From assembly GCA_934778215.1 (NCBI GenBank), contig CAKVOE010000002.1, positions 287,590 through 351,589 of the forward strand: a stretch of DNA of 64,000 nucleotides, read 5' to 3'. A program made the position numbers and the translations under genes. This DNA comes from an uncultured Clostridia bacterium (GTDB lineage Bacteria; Bacillota; Clostridia; Christensenellales; UBA1242). Positions 48,339 through 57,330 of this stretch are shown piece after piece. Every line of letters starts with the position of its first letter. Position 1 is the first letter of the stretch. The notes beneath the pieces are model-generated. The model was not told the origin of the DNA, ran no database searches, and saw only the letters and a list, made by a program, of their open reading frames with translations.

Positions 48339-49052
48339 TTAATAATTATCTAAAATTGTTTGCATATCAATAATGTCTGCTGTAACAATAATTCCAACGG
48401 GCAACTCAGTATAAGCACCAGAAGGCGTTATGATAATGGTGGTTAATTTGCGATTTTGTTGAAACATATAAAGCACATTGTCTATGGTTATTTTTTCACT
48501 AACAACCTCGTAGTGGTTGCTACTGTCCAAAACGGCAACGCTATCTACAATGCGTTTGTTTAGCAAATCTCCAACATTTCCGCCACGGGACAAACATTCG
48601 CCAATGGCATCAATAACCATCTTTCTGTTTAACACGCCAACCAAGGTTCCTTTTAAATATACCGGAACATTGCTAAACCCCGTTTTGTACAACTCCTTTA
48701 AACAATCGCACAATTTTACTTCGCCCTGTGCCAAAAAGACGCTACGGTTTACCACTGAGTTCATAGCCAGTGGGGGAGTAGTTACCTTGCGCACAATGGC
48801 TTCTAGTTGTTCTACAACATCATCGTGAGGTTCGGCAATTACACGGTCATCGCTACGATGCACAATGCTATTGCGAAGTCTGCCATAATCTATTAGGTCG
48901 TCTTCATATTTTTTAATTATTGCATTTACAGAGGCACTTTTTCGTATAACGTCCGAAAAACTAAGTGCCGGCTTAAAATTATATATATCTCTTATACATT
49001 TGTCAAGACGGTTGTATGCAGTTATAAATCTGCCTGCGTTAGATTTGTCCAT
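48339..49052 (-). CDS. CBS-pair protein with an N-terminal HEPN-like (Swt1-type, Rx4H) domain
   Basis: AGGAG sits 6 nt upstream. The N-terminal ~95 aa end in YGRLRNSIVHRS (R-x4-H). The C-terminal half has two CBS-like repeats (GFSNVPVY...GVLNR and TTIIITPSG...GIIVTADI). Confidence 0.5.
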   Translation of the reverse strand: MDKSNAGRFITAYNRLDKCIRDIYNFKPALSFSDVIRKSASVNAIIKKYEDDLIDYGRLRNSIVHRSDDRVIAEPHDDVVEQLEAIVRKVTTPPLAMNSVVNRSVFLAQGEVKLCDCLKELYKTGFSNVPVYLKGTLVGVLNRKMVIDAIGECLSRGGNVGDLLNKRIVDSVAVLDSSNHYEVVSEKITIDNVLYMFQQNRKLTTIIITPSGAYTELPVGIIVTADIIDMQTILDNY

Positions 49053-49218
49053 ATTATTCTCCTATATTTTAATAACTTTTGATGGTCGACATCAAAAACA
49101 GGGTTAAATAAGCACTTACCCCACCAAAAGGTTAATATTCACCTAAAATCAGTATAACATATCAATTGCGTTTTTGAGAACAATTTTTTAATTGATATTT
49201 AAAATTTTTGGTTTTTTG

Positions 49219-49247
49219 TTGTAATTTATATCAAAATGATGTATAAT
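49219..49247 (+). promoter_or_regulatory. Promoter of the SRP RNA gene
   Basis: TTGTAA, 17 nt spacer, TATAAT, located 7-8 nt before the predicted RNA 5' end. Confidence 0.5.
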
Positions 49248-49254
49248 AATTAAA

Positions 49255-49522
49255 CCGTGCTAGACGGGGAGTTAGTGGTGCCCTTAACCTACAATCCACT
49301 ATATGTAGGGTCGAAGGCCTATATAGGCTTATAGTATGGAAGGCCGAACACAATAAGAGATGTAGATACCAAGGTCTTGTGCAATAGCACTTTGTGAACC
49401 ATGTCAGAGCTTGACCGCAGCAGCATTAAGCAAAATCTGTTATGTGCCACAAGGTTGCTTTGGGGGAGTTGGCTGTTGTGTTACCGCTTCGGTGCTATCT
49501 GTCGAAATAGGATGCACGGTTT
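49255..49522 (+). ncRNA. ffs: Signal recognition particle RNA, long Bacillus type with an Alu domain
   Basis: The 5' CCGTGC pairs with the 3' GCACGG, followed by a T-run. Alu-loop-like GTGGTGCCC and ACAATCCAC are present. The helix-8 region reads GTCAG...CGCAGCAGCATTAAGC. From memory, the 3' half resembles B. subtilis scRNA (TGTGCC.CA.GGTTGC..GGG...GCACGGT). Confidence 0.75.
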
Positions 49523-49779
49523 TTTTATGTCCAAAAAAATTGCGTACGCTACAATAGAAAAAATATTTATACTAATTTTATTTGATACAATTATTTATAA
49601 TAATAATTTGCAACAAAAATTCGCTTTTAAAAACAAAAAATAGAAAATCTCAAAACTTGCGAAAATAATTTTACAAATACATTTTTTTAAATTAAAATTA
49701 AATCATAGTCAAAAATTTTATTTCACGAAGTTGGTTTAATTTTGATTTGCATTAAACAAAATATTTTAAGGAGAAATGT

Positions 49780-52700
49780 ATGAAAAATTTTAAAAGCAAG
49801 TTTTTACTTTTATTTACCGGACTAATTTTGTCATTATTTATTCCTACAATGTTGAGTGTGACAAATGTCGCTTATGCTGGAACCGGTGAACCGGCAGAGG
49901 GGGGAGCTGTCGGCACTACCGCAGTAACAATTACCGAAACCCCGCAAACTTATACCTATGATGGAACAAAAAAAGCGTTTGAAATTAAGGGTTGCAATGT
50001 CTCAGAGGCTGAATTGCAGACGACCCCATTTGTAATAACATATTCAAATGCAGAGGGTGCAGTTACAGACCCTACAAACGCTGGAACTTATACCGTTACC
50101 ATTGAAAGAGTCGCACAGGGAGAGTACCAAGCGTATAACAAAACCATTGAGGGTGGCTTAGTAATAAACAAGAAAAAAATTAATGCGCCCGAAGCCATTA
50201 CCACAGAGTTTGTTTATAACGGAAGTGAGCAAACTTACAATTTGGCAACTAATTCTGCATACATTATAGAAGGTAACACAAGAACAGGTGCTGGTACCCA
50301 AAAAGTAACAGTAAAACTTTCGGATACCGCAAACACCGAGTGGTCGGACGGCACAATTACTCCAAGAGAATACACCTTTACAATAAATAAAGCAGTAAAA
50401 GAAGTGCCAGTTTTGGCAAGTGTTGTATATAATGGTCAAAAACAAATAGCAACATTGCCAACAGGCGTAGATTATTGTGTAATTGTAACCAATAATGGTG
50501 GTACAAATGTTGGAACATACGATGTAACATTAGAAATGGACGGCGAAATTTTTAAAAACTACAAATGGGCGACAACAGAAAACGTAACCATTACAACCAC
50601 TTTCCAAATTACCAAAGCCACAAACAAAATAACCGAAATAGTATTTGCAGATTTTCAATATAAAACAAAACCAACACCTGCTACGGTAAAGGCAAGTTTT
50701 GGTGCAAGCAATGCAAAATTTACTATTGATGGCGAAGAAACCGACTTTTCTGAAATTTTATTAAACGCCGGAAAGCACACAATTGTTGCTACAATTCCTG
50801 GCACAACAAATTATGATGAAGCAACGCTTAGCCGTGAGTTTACAATAAATAAAGCACAAGTTAAAGCAAGTGATTTACCAACGGTTAGTAGAGAATATAC
50901 ATACAATGGTACTATGCAAACTGTTGTTTTGGCAAACATAAAAGATTACCTAACAGTTTCTGGTACACAAACAGCAAAAAATGCAGATAATTATATCCTA
51001 ACCATAACAATAAATGATAGTACAAATTATGAATTTGCAGAAGGCGTACAAACCACACTTACATGGACTATTAAAAAAGGTACAAACACCTTTACCGCTC
51101 CTCTTCAAATAAGCGGGTGGGGCTATGGCGAAAATGTAAATACACCAACTGCAACAGGCAAGTGGGGAGAAGTAACTTTTAGTTACAAAACAAAAGAAGG
51201 AACAGCCCTAACAGCCGAGCAATTAAAAAATGCATCTGCTGGCAGATATGTTGTAACAGCAATCATTCCAGCAGACGGAAACAACTACGATGAAATATCT
51301 TCTAGCAAAGAATTTGATATAACCAAAAAGAAAGTTGCACCACCAACTGTTAAAACGGGAACCTTTACCTATGACGGTGCCGTAAAAACATTAGAACTAA
51401 ATGGTTTTGATGAAGCAATTATGAATATTGCACAAAACTCTGGTACAATCGCCAATAGTTATACTGCAATAGTTACTCTAAAAGATACAACTAATTACGA
51501 ATGGGCAACAGCGTTTGACGGCAATATTAGTTGGACAATAAACAAAGCCACGGTAGAAATACCTAATAAAGATACAACGGTATTTACCTATACAGGTACA
51601 GAACAAACCTATGTTGTGGCACAAAACGAAAAATATACCGTTTCAAACAACAAGCAAACAAATGCAGGCAAATATAATGTTACCATAGCATTAAAAGATT
51701 CGACAAATTATACATGGGCAGATGGTAGCATCGAAAATATTGTTTATCAATTTGAAATAAACAAAGACACCAAAGGATTGCCACAGTTTAATAGCGTTAT
51801 GTATAATGGTCAAAAACAAATAGCAAACCCAGTAGAAGAAAGTGACGAATATATAATCGAAATTAATGAAGGTGGCACAAACGTTGGAGTATATAATGTA
51901 ACCATAAAAATGAGTGACGAACTTTTTGTAAACTACAAATGGGCAACAACAGATAGTCAATCGGTTACAACCACCTTTGAAATAACCAAGGCAAATGACA
52001 ATACTCTAACTAATTTAAGCATAAGCGGTTGGACGTATGGCGGAGAGCCAAGCACTCCTACCGCAACAGAAAAATATGGAACTGCTACATTTACCTATGT
52101 AGGAACAAGCGGTACAACCTATGCAGAAAATGCAATTGCTCCAACTAATGCAGGTAGTTACAAACTAATTGCAAAAGTTGCCGAAACCGAAAATTATAAT
52201 GGCGTAGAGCAAAGCATAGAATTTGCAATAAACAAAGCCACCAACAAGTTTAACAGTCTTACAATTGAGGGCTGGTCAGCAGGTAGCCCTGCAAAAACTC
52301 CTCAGTATAATGTAGATTTTGGAACCCCTACATTTATGTATGTAAGTACAGATGGCAAGGGTTACGAAAGTGACGTTGCACCAACAACAGTTGGTAGATA
52401 TAAAGTAGTTGCCACAGTAGCAGAAACCACAAATTATGACGGAGCAACAAGCGAAGCAGAATTTAGCGTTGCTGGAGCCCCTAATGCAATTACCGGTTTA
52501 ACCTTAGCAGGTTGGATATATGGAGAAGAGGCTAATACCCCAACAGCAACAGCACAACACGGAACAATAGTATATTATTATGTTCAAAAAGGGGAATCAG
52601 CTTACACCGAAGAAAATTTAACTGCCCCAACCAATGCAGGCGAATATACCGTTATTGCAGTGGTAACAGGAACGGAAGAATATGAGGGTGCAACTGCAAG

Positions 52701-54789
52701 TGTAGACTTTACAATTTCTAAGGCAGAAGTAGATGCAAGCAAGTTGCCAACAGTTATCGGAACTTACACCTACACAGGCGAAAAACAAACATTAGTAACC
52801 ACAGCAGTAGAATCTTACATTACGCTACAAGGCGATACAGAAGCAATTAACGCAGGCGAATATACTGTAAGAGCAATTTTAGATAACAATCACAAATGGG
52901 CAGGGGGCGTTAGCGACAAGGTAGTGTGGACAATAAATAAAGCCACCCCAACAATCACCAATTTAGCAATAACAGGTTGGGTATATGGGGGTTATGATGC
53001 AACCGTTAACACACCAACCGCTAACAGTGATTTTGGAACCATTAGGTATGAATACAAACTAGATGGTGTTGTAGTTGGAAACATTGCAAATGCTGGCGCA
53101 AATACCTATACATTGGTAGCAATAGTAGATGCCGACACAGCAGGAAACTATACCGAAGCCCAAGAGTCAATTACATTTACAATTTCTAAGGCGGTAGTTA
53201 GCGTTGTTCCTAGCGTAAATGATGCATTTACATATACAGGTAGTGAGCAAACATTAACTGCCGAAAACCTACAAGATTATAATGCAGATATTATGACAAT
53301 TAGTGATAACACCGCAACAAATGCAGGAACCACTAATGTAACTATAAAATTAGATGCAAATCACATTTGGGAAACAACAAACAGTGATACCATTACAATA
53401 GAATGGACAATAAATAAAGCGCAAACAACCATAGAAAATTTGGAGATTGCAGGCTTTACATACAAAGAGTGGAATGAAAGCACAAATGCACCAAGTGCAA
53501 CAACTCAATTTGGTGCAACAATTTCGTACAAATATCTAAATGCAGAAAACCAAGAGGTTACTGATATAAGCACCGCAAGTGCAGGCAGTTACAAACTAAT
53601 TGCAACAGTAGAAGATACTACAAACTATATTGGTAGTACCGCAGAAGTTAATTTTGTGGTAGCAAAAAAAGTTGTTTCTACTAAACCAACAGCAGAAAGT
53701 GTTGTGTTTAATGGAGCAGAACAAATAGCAACTCTTACCGGGTTTGATGCCGAATATATGACCATTATAAATGGCTCAAACAAAGGTACATCTGCGGGTC
53801 AATATACAATACTAGTAGAACTTGACCCTAACTATGAATGGGCAGAAAATGTTGACGGAAAGGTATTGTGGACAATTGAACAAAAAACAATTACCGAAAC
53901 TCCAACATTAAGCCAAGTAACATTTGTTTATGACGGAAACATTAAGTCGGTAACCGTTGTTGGCTTACCAGAAGGCGTAGTTCAAGAATGTACTAACAAT
54001 ATGAATGTAAAGGCTGGTAGTTATAATGTAACTATTACCCTAAAAGGCGACTATAAGTGGCCAGAAGGTGTTAGTCATACACTAACATGGACAATTACAA
54101 AAGCCGAAGACAATGCAATTACTAACCTTGAGATTGCCGGCTGGACCTTTGGCGAATCAGCAAAAACTCCTACTGCAACAGCAAAATATGGAGTTGTTAC
54201 ATTTACCTATGTAGGAACAGATGGCACAACCTATGAAGAAAGTGCAACCGTTCCAACTGGTGCAGGTAGTTACAAACTAATTGCAAGTGTAGAAGATACC
54301 GAAGACTACAACTCTTGCACACTTAGCAAAAATTTTGAAATAGCAAAAGCAACCCTTGTTATAAATGAAGCAACCCAACAAGTAACCGAAGGCGAAACGG
54401 GTGCATTTACTATTGAATCAGCAGAAAATTCGGGTGCGGTTATTTATTACGCACCAACAGGCACCGAAAACTGGACAACTGTTGTTCCTACGGTTGCGGG
54501 CGTTTACGATGTTAAGGTAGTAATTTCATCTACCAGCGCAAACTATAACCCAATAGAAAGAAAAATTTCTCAAGGCTTTAAGGTTGTTAAGCCAGTTGTT
54601 AGCGAAAAGCCTGCCGAAACCAAAACCGACCCAACCGAAAAAACATTAAAAATTGGCGTAGTAATTGGCTTGCTTGCTGTTGGCTTTATTGCAATTGCCT
54701 TTATTGTAGTACTTTGCGTACACCACAAAAACAAGAAAAAAGCCGATGATTTTATCGAAGAACAAGACAAAGAGTTTTTTGATGAATAA
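49780..54789 (+). CDS. Giant cell-surface protein made of about 19-20 MBG-like repeats, with a signal peptide and a C-terminal TM anchor
   Basis: An AAGGAG RBS and a signal peptide ending VAYAG are present. Repeats of about 80 aa contain Y.Y(N/D)G, NAG.Y.V and NY, each closing with [FW]x[IV]xK[AK]. The C-terminal helix is IGVVIGLLAVGFIAIAFIVVLCV, followed by HHKNKKK. Confidence 0.75.
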   Translation: MKNFKSKFLLLFTGLILSLFIPTMLSVTNVAYAGTGEPAEGGAVGTTAVTITETPQTYTYDGTKKAFEIKGCNVSEAELQTTPFVITYSNAEGAVTDPTNAGTYTVTIERVAQGEYQAYNKTIEGGLVINKKKINAPEAITTEFVYNGSEQTYNLATNSAYIIEGNTRTGAGTQKVTVKLSDTANTEWSDGTITPREYTFTINKAVKEVPVLASVVYNGQKQIATLPTGVDYCVIVTNNGGTNVGTYDVTLEMDGEIFKNYKWATTENVTITTTFQITKATNKITEIVFADFQYKTKPTPATVKASFGASNAKFTIDGEETDFSEILLNAGKHTIVATIPGTTNYDEATLSREFTINKAQVKASDLPTVSREYTYNGTMQTVVLANIKDYLTVSGTQTAKNADNYILTITINDSTNYEFAEGVQTTLTWTIKKGTNTFTAPLQISGWGYGENVNTPTATGKWGEVTFSYKTKEGTALTAEQLKNASAGRYVVTAIIPADGNNYDEISSSKEFDITKKKVAPPTVKTGTFTYDGAVKTLELNGFDEAIMNIAQNSGTIANSYTAIVTLKDTTNYEWATAFDGNISWTINKATVEIPNKDTTVFTYTGTEQTYVVAQNEKYTVSNNKQTNAGKYNVTIALKDSTNYTWADGSIENIVYQFEINKDTKGLPQFNSVMYNGQKQIANPVEESDEYIIEINEGGTNVGVYNVTIKMSDELFVNYKWATTDSQSVTTTFEITKANDNTLTNLSISGWTYGGEPSTPTATEKYGTATFTYVGTSGTTYAENAIAPTNAGSYKLIAKVAETENYNGVEQSIEFAINKATNKFNSLTIEGWSAGSPAKTPQYNVDFGTPTFMYVSTDGKGYESDVAPTTVGRYKVVATVAETTNYDGATSEAEFSVAGAPNAITGLTLAGWIYGEEANTPTATAQHGTIVYYYVQKGESAYTEENLTAPTNAGEYTVIAVVTGTEEYEGATASVDFTISKAEVDASKLPTVIGTYTYTGEKQTLVTTAVESYITLQGDTEAINAGEYTVRAILDNNHKWAGGVSDKVVWTINKATPTITNLAITGWVYGGYDATVNTPTANSDFGTIRYEYKLDGVVVGNIANAGANTYTLVAIVDADTAGNYTEAQESITFTISKAVVSVVPSVNDAFTYTGSEQTLTAENLQDYNADIMTISDNTATNAGTTNVTIKLDANHIWETTNSDTITIEWTINKAQTTIENLEIAGFTYKEWNESTNAPSATTQFGATISYKYLNAENQEVTDISTASAGSYKLIATVEDTTNYIGSTAEVNFVVAKKVVSTKPTAESVVFNGAEQIATLTGFDAEYMTIINGSNKGTSAGQYTILVELDPNYEWAENVDGKVLWTIEQKTITETPTLSQVTFVYDGNIKSVTVVGLPEGVVQECTNNMNVKAGSYNVTITLKGDYKWPEGVSHTLTWTITKAEDNAITNLEIAGWTFGESAKTPTATAKYGVVTFTYVGTDGTTYEESATVPTGAGSYKLIASVEDTEDYNSCTLSKNFEIAKATLVINEATQQVTEGETGAFTIESAENSGAVIYYAPTGTENWTTVVPTVAGVYDVKVVISSTSANYNPIERKISQGFKVVKPVVSEKPAETKTDPTEKTLKIGVVIGLLAVGFIAIAFIVVLCVHHKNKKKADDFIEEQDKEFFDE

Positions 54790-54872
54790 AAAGCCAAAAG
54801 TTTAAAATAAATAAGTATAAAAACAGATAACAGAAAAAACTTTTAAACAAATTTTCAACACACTGTTAAAAA

Positions 54873-54900
54873 CCACCTCAAATTAATTGTGAGGTGGTTT
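54873..54900 (+). terminator. Terminator hairpin of the giant gene, with its T-run cut short at the island junction
   Basis: The stem CCACCTCA / TGAGGTGG is followed by only TTT before the sequence composition changes. Confidence 0.5.
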
Positions 54901-55985
54901 AGTGTTTCACAAATTTTTGTTTGATGGAAATATTGTAGCAACTAGAGATGGTAAAGATGAAAAAGTAGGAAATGTATTAGTTGATTCGCTAAAAGAGTTT
55001 ATTTACAAACTTTAAAATGCTATATATAATTTTAAAAAACACTATTTATGTGTTATACTGCTTTTGGGATTTATAATTTATATAATAAATAAAATAAATA
55101 TTAAATTCGAACTAATTATATAAGGAGAAAATATGTCAAAATTAGAAAAAGAAGTAAAAATATTAGATATTGATATTAATGAAACAATGGAACGATTGAA
55201 AAAGATAGGTGCTAGTTTCAAAGGAAAAAAGAATCAAAAAATATACGTATATGATATCCCAACAATATACTATAGATTTTTAGAAGCCGTAGAGTTATTA
55301 AAATCTGACAATGAACTTGTTGTAATAACTAATATAAAAAGATTATCAATCATCTTTGATGAATTTGTAGATTTGATTTCGGATGATGAACTCAAAAACA
55401 TTTATGCGGATATGCATATTAATGATTTTAATGAGCTTTTGACTATGAATAAAAATGATATAATTAGTAAGTTAAAAAATTCTGAATTGCTAAACAAGAA
55501 AATTTCAGATAAACTAATTAATCCTAACAAGTGGGTAAGATTAAGAAAAAGTAATGAAAAGATAGAACTTACATTAAAACACATTTACGAAAAAAATTCG
55601 TACGATATTCAAAAAGTAAAAGAGTATGAAATTGGTGTGTCAGATTTATCTGAAACAAATTTATTATTAAATGAAATGGGAATAGTAAATCGAAATTATC
55701 AAGAAAAAATACGATATAGCTTTGCATATAAGGATGCAGAAATAGAGCTGGATGAGTGGCCATTACTGGAACCATACATGGAAATAGAATGTGATAATGA
55801 AAAAATTATTAAGGAAATAATTGAAGGCTTGAATTTCGAGAACAAGGAAATAGTTTCCTTAAATACAGAACAGTTGTATAAAAGAAAAGGAATTGACATT
55901 TTGAAGATAGCAGACTTAAGTTTTAATTAAATATGCTGGGGATACAGTGAATCAAAAAAGTGGGCATGTTTTTAAATTATATTAA
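54901..55985. mobile_element. AT-rich inserted or replacement segment carrying a CYTH gene
   Basis: Composition drops (17/60 G+C at 55381-55440 versus 23/60 in the flanking core). The left edge falls right after the terminator hairpin. The right edge falls mid-codon-series of a truncated MBG paralogue. No recombinase gene or terminal repeats were seen. Confidence 0.4.
55133..55930 (+). CDS. CYTH-domain protein (class IV adenylate cyclase / triphosphate tunnel metalloenzyme fold) with an insertion of about 85 aa
   Basis: The N-terminal EKEVKILDID...LKKIGA...QKIYVYD is followed by WVRLRKSNEKIELTLKH, VKEYEIGVSD and EIELDEWPLLEPYMEIEC, which match the CYTH strand pattern. Confidence 0.55.
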   Translation: MSKLEKEVKILDIDINETMERLKKIGASFKGKKNQKIYVYDIPTIYYRFLEAVELLKSDNELVVITNIKRLSIIFDEFVDLISDDELKNIYADMHINDFNELLTMNKNDIISKLKNSELLNKKISDKLINPNKWVRLRKSNEKIELTLKHIYEKNSYDIQKVKEYEIGVSDLSETNLLLNEMGIVNRNYQEKIRYSFAYKDAEIELDEWPLLEPYMEIECDNEKIIKEIIEGLNFENKEIVSLNTEQLYKRKGIDILKIADLSFN

Positions 55986-56267
55986 ATTGATGTAAAAGTT
56001 GTAGTAGAAAGCATAAATGACAACTATAACGCATTTGAAAAGACGGTTGTAGCAGGATTTAAAATCTCTGCAAAGATTGTTCCAACTTCTACAGAACCCG
56101 AAAAACAAAAGGGCTTAAACAGTTCTCAAGTAGGAATAATCGTTACCGCATTGGCAGTTGGGTTTATAGCCATTGCATTACTTGTTGCAATATGTATTCA
56201 TCATAACAACGAAAAACGAGCAGAAGAGTTTTTAGACGAACAAGAAGATGAAAATAGAAACGACTAA
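55986..56267 (+). pseudogene. Orphan 3' fragment of a second MBG-repeat surface protein gene
   Basis: The frame opens right after a TAA at 55983. The product IDVKVVVESINDNYNAFEKTVVAGFKI...GIIVTALAVGFIAIALLVAICIHHNNEKRAEEFLDEQEDE aligns with the last ~95 aa of the 49780-54789 product. The downstream terminator module is also homologous. Confidence 0.75.
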
Positions 56268-56482
56268 AAACTTTTGAACAACTTTTAAACGCATTGTTAA
56301 AAATCACCTAAATCTTAGGTGATTTTTGTGTGTCGTGTAAACTTTAAAAAATAGGTTTTTGGTGGTATAAGCCTTGTTTTAAATTTGGTGTGAAGGGTTT
56401 AAGTATAACAACAACCAATAGTAGAAAATTTTAGTTTTTTAATTTAATTGTAATATTTTTGCAACTATGGTAAAATAGGTTT

Positions 56483-57211
56483 ATGAAGAAAAGAATAGAT
56501 GTTATTTTAACCGAGCGTGGGTTATTTGAAAGTCGCTCCAAAGCGGTTATGGCAATAAATGCAGGAGTAGTACAAGTTTTTGGTAAAACAGTTACAAAAC
56601 CAAGCGAAAAGTTTTTAGAAGATGCGGAAATAAAAATTGTGGGCGAAACTCTAAAATATGTGTCTAGGGGCGGGTTAAAGTTAGAGGGTGCAATAAATAA
56701 GTTTGGTTTACAATTTGCTGGTAAAACCGTTTTAGATATGGGGTCTAGCACAGGTGGGTTTACCGATTGTGCCTTGCAAAACGGTGCAAATAAGGTAATA
56801 GCGGTAGATGTTGGCACTAATCAGTTGGCAGAAAGTTTAAGAAAAGATAATAGGGTGGAGTTGTATGAAAACACCGATGTAAAAAATCTTCCGCAAGCCA
56901 TTTTTGACGAAGCCCAAATTATTGTCGCCGATATATCATTTGTAAGCATTGTAAAAATTATTGCAAGCATTATTAATAGTGTACACAATCAAGAACTAAT
57001 GCTATTAATAAAGCCACAGTTTGAATGTGGATTAGATATTGCAAAAAAGTACAAAGGTGTAATAAAAAGCGAAGAACTTTCGCAAAAAATTGCAAATGAA
57101 ACCATACAAAAACTAGAACAACTAGGGTTAACGTTGCAAGGGTTTGCCCCCTCTCCAATTACGGGTGGCGATGGCAACCACGAATACATAACTTTGTTTA
57201 AACGAAAATGA
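56483..57211 (+). CDS. tlyA: TlyA-family rRNA (cytidine-2'-O)-methyltransferase
   Basis: The S4 domain is KKRIDVILTERGLFESRSKA. YVSRGGLKLEGA and the SAM motif VLDMGSSTGGFTDCALQNGA are present. Confidence 0.9.
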   Translation: MKKRIDVILTERGLFESRSKAVMAINAGVVQVFGKTVTKPSEKFLEDAEIKIVGETLKYVSRGGLKLEGAINKFGLQFAGKTVLDMGSSTGGFTDCALQNGANKVIAVDVGTNQLAESLRKDNRVELYENTDVKNLPQAIFDEAQIIVADISFVSIVKIIASIINSVHNQELMLLIKPQFECGLDIAKKYKGVIKSEELSQKIANETIQKLEQLGLTLQGFAPSPITGGDGNHEYITLFKRK

Positions 57212-57330
57212 GTTGACGACAAATCTGCTATAACATATATTTAGATAAGATATTTACTAATGCATCATATCGAGATGATTGGAATAAATTCTTAGAAGAT
57301 ATAGAAAATAGTTAAAGGATAATAATAAAA

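Noticed and set aside
49401-49643. 80-aa ORF
   Set aside because: It lies inside and across the 3' half of the SRP RNA gene and its terminator, and it has no RBS.
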